Position numbers and translations under genes: made by a program | Shown: positions 51,101 to 63,170 of the stretch, piece by piece | Layout: each line of letters starts with the position of its first letter | Numbering within the stretch: position 1 is the first letter of the stretch | The notes under the pieces: generated by a model | The model's input: only the letters and a program-made list of their open reading frames with translations | What the model was told of the DNA's origin: nothing | Database searches by the model: none | NCBI GenBank assembly: GCA_035084275.1 | Contig: CM068748.1 | Location: 4,154,001 to 4,218,000 of the forward strand | Reading direction: 5' to 3' | DNA length: 64,000 bases | Source of the DNA: Hydrolagus colliei | Taxonomy: Eukaryota

Positions 51101-53867
51101 CACTTATTGTTACTAACTGGGGAATTTTACTGATGCCTCTGTTGGCCAGTGTGAATGAGGTGTGTTGAATGTTTTTGTCTTACTCTCAATGGCCAAGTAG
51201 CACTTGCTGAAGAATGTTGACTCTGCCTTTTCTCTTAAACTTAGAGCATTGACAAGCATGAGCAGGCATGTTGCCAGGTCAAGGGCTGTGTACATTTGAG
51301 GCGGGGGTACTCCAGAATAGACAACAGTATATATACACAGCGCAGGAATACTCACAATTGGACTATTATGCACCATGTGTATGCCCTGTGTAAACACGTG
51401 TGTACTGAGAGAAATACAGATGCCTTTAATCATGTAATTAACAACCAAAGAAGAGAATTGGTTGTCAATTTGATAATAAATACAGTACATCCTTTTCATC
51501 ACTTGATAATTACATCTCCTACTAGGAACACTGGAGGAGAGTTCCTTCAAGACATGTGTCCAATAACTGGCTGCAGGATTCCAAATACCGTAACAGTCTA
51601 TGAATCCTTTGTGAGTCAGGTTGTCAGGCAGGGATTTTAGATCGCAGTGTTACAGATCTCAAAAGCAGATTTTATGTTAGTTCTTCTGCCCTACAAAAAA
51701 CAAACTCTGAGACAGGAAGTGTTCATCAATTCTGTAGATATAACATTTTGGCAGATGTTAAATGATGGAAAACGTATGTATACTATAAAATTACAAAGTA
51801 TATCAAGAACTAGAATGTTAATCAGTGACAAGTACTTCGGAGAGTGTATCAGCTCTTGACATTAGCATATCATCGACATCAGTTTGTTGTATAAATCTTT
51901 TCTTTGTTGCTATGTATAATTATCAGTTAGTTTTGTTGCACGAAGAGTGCTTGCAGGACCTCTGCGAACAGAAGCATCCAAAAGAGTGAGCAATAAAAGG
52001 TTCTCTGATGATTTCTCACATACTGGTAAATTCTAAACAAATCCGTTATTTAATTTTTAATAGAGTTATTAATGCTAACTCCATATGCAACATTGAAAGC
52101 AGTTCAGGCTTCACTGCTCCTACCTGGTGTACCAGATTCTATAACAAATGCTTCTCACTGTGAAACAAGGTTTCCTTGCCAAATCACCTTGCTGTTCGTT
52201 CACATTTTGATAAACAGCACTGACAAGAGTGACTAATAATCCAGGCTACAAGGCCTTTAGTGTCTAGAAGCAAGCTGTAATTTTTGGAGTTTTGGAAAAT
52301 CATTATAAAAGCTGGTTATTGGCTTCTAGATAATGATGTTGGTGATTTCTGCCCCTCTAAATCTTATATTTGGCAAGTAGTGCAGACCTCGGTTCAATAT
52401 ACATTAAATTAATATTGTTATATATCTTATCAATTGACTAGTACCGTCTGTGGGATTGTAAACCGTTAGTTCAAACAGTCTCTACCTCGACTGAATCAAA
52501 CCTTTTTTTTAAAACAAACACACTGAAACTGTCCCACAAAATTCTTCTAAAGCACTCACTTTGCTCAGAAGACTTATATACACTAAATGGTTGATTCTAC
52601 TTGCAGGCTGACAAAGAATGTGTTTGCCTACAAAGTGCTTTTAAATGAAGTGATACATGATTCATGCAATCCACTTTCAACTAAACAGTGATTTCAACTG
52701 AACAGCAATATGTCCAGACCGATCCTATGTGCCTATTTGTTTTACGTTGGTTACGTCTGTTGGACAAATGCACCCACACAGTCAACACAGCAAATAATTA
52801 ATGGAAGAAATGATTCAGACATGACTTGCTATCAGCCATTATAGAAAGATTATCACAGTGACCCATACAAACAGTGGATAGTTGTAATAGCTAATGTTTT
52901 ATATTAAAAAAAACATCATATATCTTTCACGAACATACTGGCCTGATTAAAATCTTAACTACAACATTTAGATGATGCTAATAGATGGCTAGTGTTAACA
53001 AAACAAATTACAGGCTTCATAAAATCAGTCTACATTCTGATTGCTTGCTGCCAGATTGTCTTTAATGACATCAAGTGCAGAGATTTAGAACAGCATCAGA
53101 AAGAGTCTTGAGTTTGCATTTATAGATGCCCTTGGGCCAATGTCCGGCACACTACAAGGGGTTGCTAAATTTGTAGGCTTTAACCCTTTGAGATCTGCTC
53201 TGTACTCCAACATTTTCTCAGTGATTAAATATTGTTATTAATAAACCATTATTAGGCATCTACTGTTTCCCCTCCTTACCCACCCCCCACCACCCATCAC
53301 CCTTCCCACATTTTTTTTGCCAATAATTACGAATGAAACTACAGCCAGCTTTTAGCACAGAATACATTAGTAAGCAATGAAAGTCTATATTAACTGCTGT
53401 CTTGCATTCTACTGTAAGCAGTAATTCAAATTTATTGCTCTGAAAAAAAAATACTAGTCACCTAGCACTACACTATATGAGAAGATAAACCATTCTCCCA
53501 GGCCAATTGCATCATTCGCCATCATTACATCCCAGTTTCCTCACATAAAAATCAGGGTAAGGGAATGCTTTACTTGATTGAAGAACATCTGCCAATTACT
53601 ACATCTAGGGATATTTCAAAACATTAAGAAAATCGTTGTGTCATCAAAACACGATGGGGGTTGTTCTGCTTCAATTGCTTAGTGCAGTGATTCTTTTGAT
53701 GCACGCTTGTAACGGAAAATCCCATTATAGTCACTCATCGCAAAAGAAACTATACTAAGTGAACGGGGAAAAAGTACTCCCTCAACGAGTACTATTTGCC
53801 AATCTTTACACCCTTTAAAAGGGGAGAAAATTACCTTCTTTTAAAGGGGTGAAAATTGAATCGAAGC

Positions 53868-53930
53868 ATTTTCAGCCACAAACTATACAGTCAATTCACT
53901 TTACAGTATAATCTGTGAAGCGCTTTGCAC
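53868..53930 (+). mobile_element. SINE internal 3' fragment
   Basis: ccacaaactatacagtcaattcactttacagtataatctgtgaagcgctttg matches the family. Confidence 0.7.
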
Positions 53931-54459
53931 ATAGCATCACCAAATTTACTACATTTAGTGTTAAGAGGAATTGTTTTGCTCCTATACATCACAGGGCAAT
54001 CAAAAGTAAATAAGTGGGCACTATGACAATGGTATATTGTGCACAAGGAAGGAAAGCAATAGGTTCCTTTTGTTTCACCTTTCATTTCACCTGCAAGGGA
54101 ACATGAATTTCTGATCAAATGGATCTTCTTTAGACTCTTGGCTGATGGATGCTATCGGATGATGGCAAAATTAAGCCATGAAAAAATGAGATCTTGGATC
54201 TCTTCCTATTCTGGATATACTCTGGTTCTTTCTAATCCTCAAGGTTCAGCCAATTGTACACAGAAGCTTTCATTTTTCTGAAAGAGCTGTGTGGTTTCTA
54301 GTTTCTGAGCTATTGTCTGAGGTTATCTTTTAAGTAGGTGTGGATCAACGCCATTGCCTGAATTGAGAAGGGAGAACAAGCCATAAAAATTATCCAATCT
54401 GATAAAATATTGCATATTGCTCAATAGATGCAGCGTCCTAGCAAACAATCGCCCAGATA

Positions 54460-54630
54460 AAATTGGTCATACACTTTATGACTGTTTGTGGAACATTTCC
54501 ATGTGCAAATTAGCTGTCGTGTACGACAACCAAAAAACACAGTCACTACACGTTTATAGTAAAATCCTGTTAAAAGCTTTGATATAGAGTGAAATGCACT
54601 ATATCAATTATAAAGATTATTATTATTAAT
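54460..54630 (+). mobile_element. SINE 3' half (Deu-like + ATT tail), older
   Basis: aattggtcat..atgactgtttgtggaac..tgtgcaaattagctgtcgtg..acagtcactacac..gcactatatcaa..gattattattatt. Confidence 0.7.
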
Positions 54631-54659
54631 AATAGCTAGATTATCTCTTATTTATAGCA

Positions 54660-54990
54660 CATGATTGACTTATCCAATGCCCTATTCACCATCCTTCCCA
54701 GATCAACCTTGTACAAGCTACAGAACATCTCAAACTCTATATTATTTTAACTACCAGACTCTGAGAGTCAATCACCCCACCATCCCCACCATATTGGCCA
54801 TTGGATTCCTGTTCCTCTGACTCTACTTTCACATTCCTTCTATAATCTAGCTCTCTGATTGTGTCTTTGGTGATCTTCTTACCTACCCCTTTCTCCCATA
54901 CTATTCAGGCTGCCACTCTATCACTATGAAGCACTTTGAAACATTTAACTCCATGAAAAGTATTGTATAAATGCAAAATTGTTGTTGTTG
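54660..54990 (+). mobile_element. Old L2 3' fragment
   Basis: Translation ..SNALFTILPRSTLYKLQNISNS..QSPH..HWIPVP; tail tatgaagcactttgaaac..tgaaaagtattgtataaatgcaaaattgttgttgttg. Confidence 0.75.
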
Positions 54991-55885
54991 ATTTTTTTTT
55001 TACACTGGGGTCAAAGACAGAGTGAATATCAGATGAAATTAGATTGACTGTATTAACTCTTTTTAATCAACTAGTGAATAAAATAACTTCACAAGCTAAC
55101 AAAATATATTGCAAATTCTGACAGCCACTGAGCTCCACATTAAAGCCCGACCTTTTGAAGTTTGATATCCTGAAACCACAACTTAAAGAGGGAGATGCAT
55201 CATCTAGCCTTCCTTTAAAATTAGTTTAAAATAATTATGATTAAGATTAGCATTCTCTTTTGTGTTCTGCTTCTTGTTTTGATTAATTAGTGCTCCTAAT
55301 ATCACTGAAAGAACTGTATGGAAACAGTTTCTGAGTGCAACAGTGAGCGGAATTAATATCAGCAGATATATTCATTAATGCAGGGCCTTCAGACGTCTTG
55401 TCATTTCAGCTATGTATGTTAATTTAACTCCTTTAAACCATCAGTCTCAATAAGTCTTCTTAGCCAATTTTACAATGAGATGATTTTATTAAATTCTATT
55501 GCCAAAATTATGGGGGTCCCCTCTTTTCCTATGAACTGTTACTGTGGATGAGTGATGGATTAAACAGATAAAGTGAAAGCTTGACTGCACTTCAACTAAA
55601 AAAAACCCTACAGACCATTTTGTTTGAATCTGCAGACATATTCTTATGAATAAGAAACCTTTCTGAAAATAATTTCGATATAAATACTTTATCTATAGTA
55701 CTGTACTATAAAGACACCATAATAAACATGTTTGTATTTATATGTTATTGGAGGGCACATTTATGAATCTCCAATTCAGAAAACTCCACTTTCACTGCTT
55801 GAAATAATGATCATGGGAGTTGGTGCAGTTTCCATTTTTTGTGTGTAGGTGGCCATTCAAAAAAAGGCTTCAAATGTATTAATTA

Positions 55886-55921
<36 letters not shown>

Positions 55922-55950
55922 GTTGATTGATTGATTGATTGATTGATTGA
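55886..55950. repeat. (GATT)n microsatellite, about 16 units with two GGTT variants
   Basis: Direct inspection. Confidence 0.95.
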
Positions 55951-55987
55951 ATTGTTTATTCTGAGTAAATTTAATATGTTATTAAAC

Positions 55988-56069
55988 AGGAATGTGAAAG
56001 TAGAGTCAGAGGAACAGAAATCCAATGGCAAATATGGTGGGGGTGGTGGGGTGATTGACTCTCAGAGTC
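55988..56069 (-). repeat. 82-bp inverted duplicate of 54757-54838
   Basis: Its reverse complement aligns ungapped to 54757-54838 with 3 mismatches (manual alignment). Confidence 0.95.
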
Positions 56070-56084
56070 AATATGTGAGGTAGG

Positions 56085-57180
56085 TCGAGTCCTACCTCAC
56101 AAACCGCCAGCAGTACATCTCCACAAACGGCTTTTCCTCCCGCTCTCATGGAAGGAAATCCATCCTTGGCCCCCTCCTCTTCCTCATCTACACGCTCCCT
56201 CTTGGGGATGTCATCCGCAGACATGGGGCATACTTCCACATGTACGCTGATGACACCCAACTCTACTTTTCCACTTCACTTTGCGACCCCCCCAGTCCCC
56301 TGATGTTCTGTCAGTCTGCCTGTCAGACATCAGGAGCTGGATGAGCGCAAACTTCCTGCAGCTGAATGTCGACAAGACGGAAGCCATACTCTTTGGCTCT
56401 CGTCAATGTCTCCACTCACACTGCTCTCACCTTCTCCACCTTCCCGGCCTGCCCCTAAAACTCTCCGAACCTGTGCACAACCTTGGTGTCAGGTTCGACC
56501 CCCAACTGTCTTTCCTCCCCCACATCCAGTCCCTCACCAGCACCGTCTTCTACCACCTCCAACGGATCGCCCGTCTCCGGCAATATCTCACCCCAAAAGC
56601 CGCTGAAACCTTGGTCCATGCCTGTGTCACCTCTCAGCTGGACTATTGCAATGCCCTCCTCGCCGGTCTCCCCATCACCATAATCCACAAAATCCAGCTA
56701 ATTCAAAACACTGCCGCCCACATTCTCACCCACACCAAGCTTCGCTCTCCGATTACCCCATTCCTTGCCAGACTTCCTGTCCCCTAGAGGATCGACCTGA
56801 AGATCCTCACCCTTGTTGTCAAGTCTCTCCACTCCTCTGCAGCCTCCTACCTCTCTGATCTCCTCTCTCCCCAAACCAGCACCTGCTGCCTTCGCTCTAC
56901 CGGTCTGGCCTCCTCCATGTCCCCCAAATCCTCCGCTCCACCCTCGGTGGCCATGCCTTCAGCCACTACGCCCCAAGGCTCTGGAACTCCCTTCCTCACT
57001 CCCTTCGCCTCATCCCCTCTCTTCCCAGTTTGAGGTCACAGCTAAAGACCTTTCTCTTCAACCGCGCCTTTGGTCACCTTTCTACCCCTGCCCTTGGCTC
57101 GGTCCTGGGATACTGTGACGCGCTCTGAGATGCCATCCAGTGTGGAGGGTGCTATATAAATCAAAGTTGTTGCTGTTGTT
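56085..57180 (+). mobile_element. L2-clade LINE, 5'-truncated (RT C-terminal half to 3' tail), frameshifted
   Basis: ESYLTNRQQYISTNG..SILGPLLFLIYTLPLGDVIRRHG/FHMYADDTQLYFS, then ORF 56281-56787 CLSDIRSWMSANFLQLNVDKTEAIL..NLGVRFD..AETLVHACVTSQLDYCNALLAGLP..IQLIQNTAA; tail ggtgctatataaatcaaagttgttgctgttgtt. Confidence 0.95.
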
Positions 57181-57211
57181 AATAAGATGGAGGTTTGACC
57201 CAATGACGTAA

Positions 57212-57365
57212 ACTTGGGTTAGCTGATAGAACTCTTGGCTTGGAGTTAGTTAGCGGACGGTTCCTGCTCCACATTTAGGCTTAGTGTCTAGTTTGACACA
57301 CTAACTCAATGCTGGAATAGTACCATATTGTTGCAGCTGCTGTCCTTTGGATGAGAAGTTAAAGT
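57212..57365 (+). mobile_element. Highly decayed DeuSINE-type 5' half
   Basis: tctagtttgacac..gctgctgtcctttggatgagaagttaaa parallels the bodies of 60370-60735 and 62860-62920. Confidence 0.45.
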
Positions 57366-58194
57366 ATAATGGTGGCCGATGATGAATTCTCTTGGAATGA
57401 TAAACGTGGGATTTCCCTCAGGTATAAGGAAGATTATTCCCCCCAAATAACACAATTTAGTGAACTCTCAGGCAAAAGAAAAGATCCAGTGTGATTCCTA
57501 GAGATAAACTAATACATGGAAACTCCCAAAGTAACAACAGTAGCAAATGGAGAAATTGTACATATTTTTCCCGACCATTGAAGCTTTGGTGGAATATCAT
57601 TCTGACATATAACTAATTTGAAGTAAATAAGTCACAGAGTTTGGAATTGACACCATAAAACATAAATTTTGTGAAATAATATTTTACTTGTTTCTAAAAA
57701 ATAGCGCATTGTAATTCAAGAACCTTAATGTAACTGGACTATGACGCAAGCCCAACTTGTCTCTGTATGTAATATTCAGCAGAGATACCAAAACTTCAAA
57801 TGAAAGTCTTGAAGTTTGGAGTGCTATGAGGTCTCGGCTGGTAAATTAACACAAACTCATTAATTGCTAATTCAAATAAACTTTATTTGCCTCAAGTTTT
57901 TAAATTGGTGAACTCATCGACCAAAAAATAATCCATTTACCATGCTATCAGTGCCTGGGTGGTTAGTTCAATTTCTCCTCTGAAATACTTAGCCTATTTA
58001 CTTAGATACAGATACGAGGCATCTATTTTTATGTGAAGCCACTGCACTAAATGAATATAAGTCATTATTATATATTATAGATGACATGGGATTATTCTAA
58101 TAATAATGACAGAAAGTTGTAGATTCAAACCCTATTTTGGTACAAGCTCATTCTTTCAGTTAACACTCCAATTTAGTGCTCGGGGGACAATGTA

Positions 58195-58255
58195 GTGGGA
58201 TGGCCTACCAACGTGAAAGGTGCTCTATAAATGTAATTTTGTTGTTGTTGTTGTT
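58195..58255 (+). mobile_element. L2 3' tail
   Basis: gggatggcctaccaacgtgaaaggtgctctataaatgtaattttgttgttgttgttg. Confidence 0.75.
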
Positions 58256-58377
58256 CTCTCCTAAGGCTGATACATTAAACCAAGATGCTGTCTGCCTTTT
58301 CAGGCTGACGTTAAGTATCCTACAATACTATTTAGGAGTTTCCCTCGTGTCCACACCAACAAATCCCCACAATGACA

Positions 58378-58480
58378 ATATTGGTCGCTCTCTTCAAAAT
58401 TGTTTGTGGGACATTGTTGTGTGTGAATTGGCTGCTGAGTTAGCCCACAAATATTATGTGTTCGACAAACAGTTACAACA
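58378..58480 (+). mobile_element. Deu-like SINE domain fragment
   Basis: attggtc..ttgtttgtgggacattgttgtgtgtgaattggctgctgagtt..cccacaaat. Confidence 0.6.
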
Positions 58481-58507
58481 CTCAGACTCATGTGGAGTAT
58501 AAATTCC

Positions 58508-58570
58508 AGGACAGGCTGGTTGGGCCAAATGGCCTGTTTCCATGCTGTACAGTCTATGTAAATCTATATA
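58508..58570 (+). mobile_element. CR1/V-SINE-type 3' tail
   Basis: ggacaggctggttgggccaaatggcctgtttccatgctgtacagtctatgtaaatctat has the gggcc..ggcct hairpin and short terminal repeat of CR1-type tails. Confidence 0.7.
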
Positions 58571-60369
58571 TAAAATTCTGGTTCACCAATTCGTTACTAT
58601 GCTCCTGGGGAGTGGTGGTGTAGGGGTAGAAAACATCTCTTTGGAGCTGAATTGGTTCCAAGGTAACATGCTTGGCAACAGAATGCCAGAATCGAGTCGT
58701 CCCTCTGTCTGTATGCAACTTTCCCTTTAAGGAAATGGCACAGAATTTGTGCGGGGGAAACAAATTGCTAGTGTGTGTCCTCTGCATATTGTGGAATGCT
58801 GTTTTGTCAGCTGTGTCTCTTTGTTTGGTGGGTTTCAGCAATCTCCTGTTGGTTTGGGCTGAAAGGGATCAACTATTTGGCAGTAGGTAGTGCTGGAACT
58901 GTTGGTGTTTTTATTTATTCTTTCTTTTTCCCCTTATGGTGAAGTGGCTGGGTGCCCATTCATCCGACTCTGTTGGCAAGCTGGCGGAGCGGATGCATCT
59001 GAGTTTACTGACAGTCTAGTGGGAAGACAGATCGGAGTTCCTCTATGATCCGGGAGTGAGACACATCCAAGTTTTCTGGCAATTATAACAAGACAGTGCA
59101 AAATGGAAGCTCTCATTGATTGGTCTGTGGCCTGGGTTTTACAGAATTCAGATATGGACACTATGAAATTGGAGAGGGTGGAGGTTAAGTTCAAAATTAC
59201 CAAGTGCTCATCCCTGGTCGGGCTTGTTCTGCTGTTATCCATGCTGAACAGTAAGACAGTTTTACGCTTGACGCTGGCTAATTTTCACCTTGGTACTGTA
59301 CATAGGCACTGTTTGCTGGATACAGCTCGTGGCAGACTCCGCTTCACTGGAAGATGACAAATCTATCTTGTGATAGCAGTCGCTGGGTTGCAAAGCAAAA
59401 CAAATGTGCTCTATGAGGGTTTGCAAATCAGATCATCTAAATACTGTATCAACAAAAAATAAATTTACGTCAAAATAATTGCAACCTTCCAGAAGATACA
59501 TGACACGTCAGTTCTTCTGACTATTAGTGTCTTTAACACATCAGTTCGGGATTTATCACAGAAACACATTTATTTTCAGGACACGCGAAAAGCTTGAGGA
59601 TTGCGATACTAATTTATTTTTCTTGGAATTGGTTTCCTCCAAAAAAATATGTCGAAAAGTGAACAACACTTCTTCTGTCAAAATATTTTACCCAGAGGAG
59701 CTCTGGTAATAAACTGGGAAAAAAAAATGCATGTCATAATTGGTAGCTGTGAGCAGAAATGCTCCTTTAGCACTTGCAATTGAACTTCAATGTTTTGGCC
59801 TGAAGGAGGAAGTGGGTGTTGATGCTGCATTATTCATCTCATAAGGAAATAGAGCTATGCAATACAGAAATGACTATATGCCCTTATTTCTGAAATCTAG
59901 CAGAAATGATTACATGACCTTATTTCCGAAGTCTAGTTGACTAAGTGATAGCCAAGAGGTGAATTGCATAGCAGATAAATGGGTATTTAAATTACAGTTA
60001 CTGATGCTACACTCTTAAAAGAGATTATTCATTTCATTTTGCATGTAAATGCTGTGCTGCAACAAATAAACATGCAGAAAATAGGTAATAGCTTTTGTGT
60101 AGCTGCTTTGCGCTCCCTATCGCCTAATTTAATTAGCCAAACTCAAAACTTTTTCATCTTGAAGGCAGTTAAAATACTTCCAGCTAAATGGACAAGATGG
60201 ATACTAAACAAGAGCCTGGTTACAAATGGGCTGACCAGTTATTCTGCACTTATATCACTTACTAAATTATCTAGGGAATCATATATTTCTTCTTGTGGAC
60301 TGAGTGACAACAATTTACGCATGCAAGATGAAAAACAAATATGAATATTGAATATTAATGGCATTGTGT

Positions 60370-60735
60370 GTCAGCCAGCTCAGTTAGTCCTATTGTTGCC
60401 TTTGAGTCAGAAGGTTGTGGGTTCAAGTCTTCATGTCAGGTCTTTGAGCTCATAGTCTGAACTGACACTCCAGTGCTGTGCTGTGATGCTGTCCTTCAGA
60501 TGGGGCAATAAATCCCTCGACACTAGTCAAAAAGAGGACGTTTTTCCCAGTGCCCTGGCCAACAGCCCTCCTGAGAAGAAATAAGCTTCCAAGACAATGC
60601 CATGAGCAAATCATCTTGTGCATTTTCCTACAAATACATAGTCACTGCAATTTACAGAGAAACTCAGGGAAGCTCTTTGAAACACTGATGTGATATGCTG
60701 CTGTATCAAATTCAAGGATTATTAAATGATTATTA
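60370..60735 (+). mobile_element. Old DeuSINE-type (SacSINE1-like) element
   Basis: tcagccagctcagtt..tgagtcagaaggttgtgggttcaagtc..ctgacactccagtgc..gtccttcagatg..tgccctggccaaca..tatcaaattcaaggattatt. Confidence 0.75.
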
Positions 60736-62585
60736 TGGTGGAAGATACACAGCTTTGAACTGTACTATATTAACAAAGTATTTCTCAGTGATGATACATT
60801 CAAATCACTTGTATTTTTCTTTCCTCTTGAATTTATCCCAGTACCACAGGTGGTGGAAAGCAAGCAGGACAGAAATTGAAGGACAAGAATAAGTCAACTG
60901 TAAGGAGAGATTTAGTCACATTGATAAATCTTTTTTTTTGCATGTGCTAAAAATTAATTATGAACAATTAAAGAAATGTTTAGATCCTGGAAATGGAATT
61001 CACAACCTGATGAATTGTTGTTCTCAGAATTCTCAGGGTTCCATTAAATGTTTAAACATTTAATATTCACATTAATATTTCAAAGTATATTTAGGTTATT
61101 TTATGGGAAACAATTTAACCTGGGACCATACATTGTTTCCATTTTGTGTTTATAAAATATTTACAGCATGAATAAACAAATTGTGTATTACAGGCACTTA
61201 AGGTTGTTGATTTCGTTTCTGATATTTTTCTAGAGTTTAAGCTCCCTCTGGTGGCTTCTGGGCTTAGTTTTCCTCTTGGGAACGGGCAATTGTTATTCAG
61301 AGAGTTCAAAGAAATATAACTTCATTGGAAATTTCCCAACAAACTCTATAACACAATAAAAGAATAAACAGGAACCTCATTAGAACCAAGTAAGTTCCAT
61401 CGATGAATAAGCCTTTCTTCTGAAAAAAATTGACAATAATTTTTTAAAATAATAAAATCGTGCTATGAAAACATTAGTGTGGAATTATGATTCCTTGCCC
61501 TGTCTTTTGTTAGTTCATGAATATGTGGAACATACGGTGGCACTCAAAATTCGGCAAGCCATTCCACATGAGAATATAAAGTCTACTTACACAGGGTTCC
61601 CAGTATTTTTCATGTTCTTATGGAAAATATCCTTTTGAAATCCCAGTGCAGCAAATTTTAATCTCATTTGTGCATGTGAATGATGCAAAGACAGGGCTGA
61701 ACAGCGAGGGGAACACTTTTTCAGCATAATTTCATTTGTCAGGAGAATCTTGCAGCTGACATCGGAAGAGTGATCTAATTGATTTTAATCATACACCTGA
61801 GATTGGAACCCAGGCTTTATCATGAATTTTTTTTTTTGCCTGGTCTATAAGGCTATCACATTCATCTAAACATTTCTCTGTGTTTTAACTGGATTTCAGA
61901 CCTCAACATTTGAACTTTGCATATAACCAAAAAACATAAGAGAACTGAGATAGGATACCCAGCTAATTGGTAACGTGCCCACAAAATGGCATTTAAATTT
62001 ATTTTTCTTTGTGACCTGGCAAAGAAACATTATACTGTACCATGGTGTCCTTCAACATAGTGAGTAAACTGATTTAGTCTTAACAACAAGATATATTTAT
62101 CCACTTTAATGTAGAAGTTTTAAAGTTCATGGTGCTGCTTTTCATCTTGGAGACTACATGCTCTGTTTTAAGACTGGGGAACATTGATGAAGGTTAGCAC
62201 TTTCTAATTGCTAATGTGAATTAAAAGCACAAACTTGTGTTCTCTGTCTGGTTGCAATAGTGAACCTACAATGCCAAATTCTTCTAGTCCAGGAATCTGA
62301 GATCTCAAGGCTTTGAGTCATTTAGGAAGAGAATTGTTGTTTCAGTATGAAACTAAGGGCTTTGCTCTGGATGGACCTTCATGGTCTATAAAGTGGCACA
62401 GTAAATAGAGATCTCTTGCTGGAATCATTGGCTTCAATGACACCAAAATACAGCAAGTAGTTACAACAGACAGATTCATAACTGACCATCAAAGCAAGAA
62501 AGATGAACTAACATTTCAAATAAATTGTAATCCATCGATGACAGTGAGAATAACCAATGATTACAGAGTGTTTTACCAAACGAAA

Positions 62586-63170
62586 CTGGCTCAGTTGGCG
62601 ATATTCTTGCCGCTGGATCAGAAAGTTATGTGTTGAAGCTGCAGGTCATGAGCTGACAGTCTAGGCCAGTAGTGCTAACTGACCATAGTTGACCAACAAA
62701 ATATGTTTTAATAATTGATTTAAGGCATTAAGTGAGAATATTGAATCACAACAAAAATCTGAAAACGTACTACCAATTGAATGCAGACTTGCCTAGACTC
62801 GTGTGAATGTTCGGCTGTCGCTTCTGACCCACACTGATTGACCACCCTTGGTTCAAGTTGCTACTGTGGAGCGCTGTAGTGTCATAAGTTCTATACTTCG
62901 GATGAGACATCAAACTGAGGTCCTGTCTGCTTGTCCCAGCAGATGCTAAACATCCTTTGGTACTATTTGAAAAGAGAATGGAATTTCTCCCAATGTCCTG
63001 GCCAATGTTCCAGATAAATTTAGCCATTGACTTCATGTTGCTTTGCGCAAATTGACTGCCGTGTTTGCCAACCAATACAGGAGTTGCAATTAGGAACTGA
63101 ACTTTATGGGAACTTTCTAGAGGGGTTTGAGATGTTCTCAATTTTATAGGCATTGTATCAAATGCAATGA
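62586..63170 (+). mobile_element. Old DeuSINE-type element, head separated from body by about 190 bp
   Basis: Head tggctcagttggcgat..tcagaaagttatgtgttgaag (62586-62670). Body cttcggatgagacatcaaactgaggtcctgtctgc..gtcctggccaatg..ttgctttgcgcaaattgactgccgtgttt..tgtatcaaatgcaa (62860-63170). Confidence 0.7.

Noticed and set aside
56076-56084. let-7-like tgaggtagg in a hairpin
   Set aside because: The stem is only 11 bp and is explained by fold-back of the L2 5' end; the rest of let-7 is absent.
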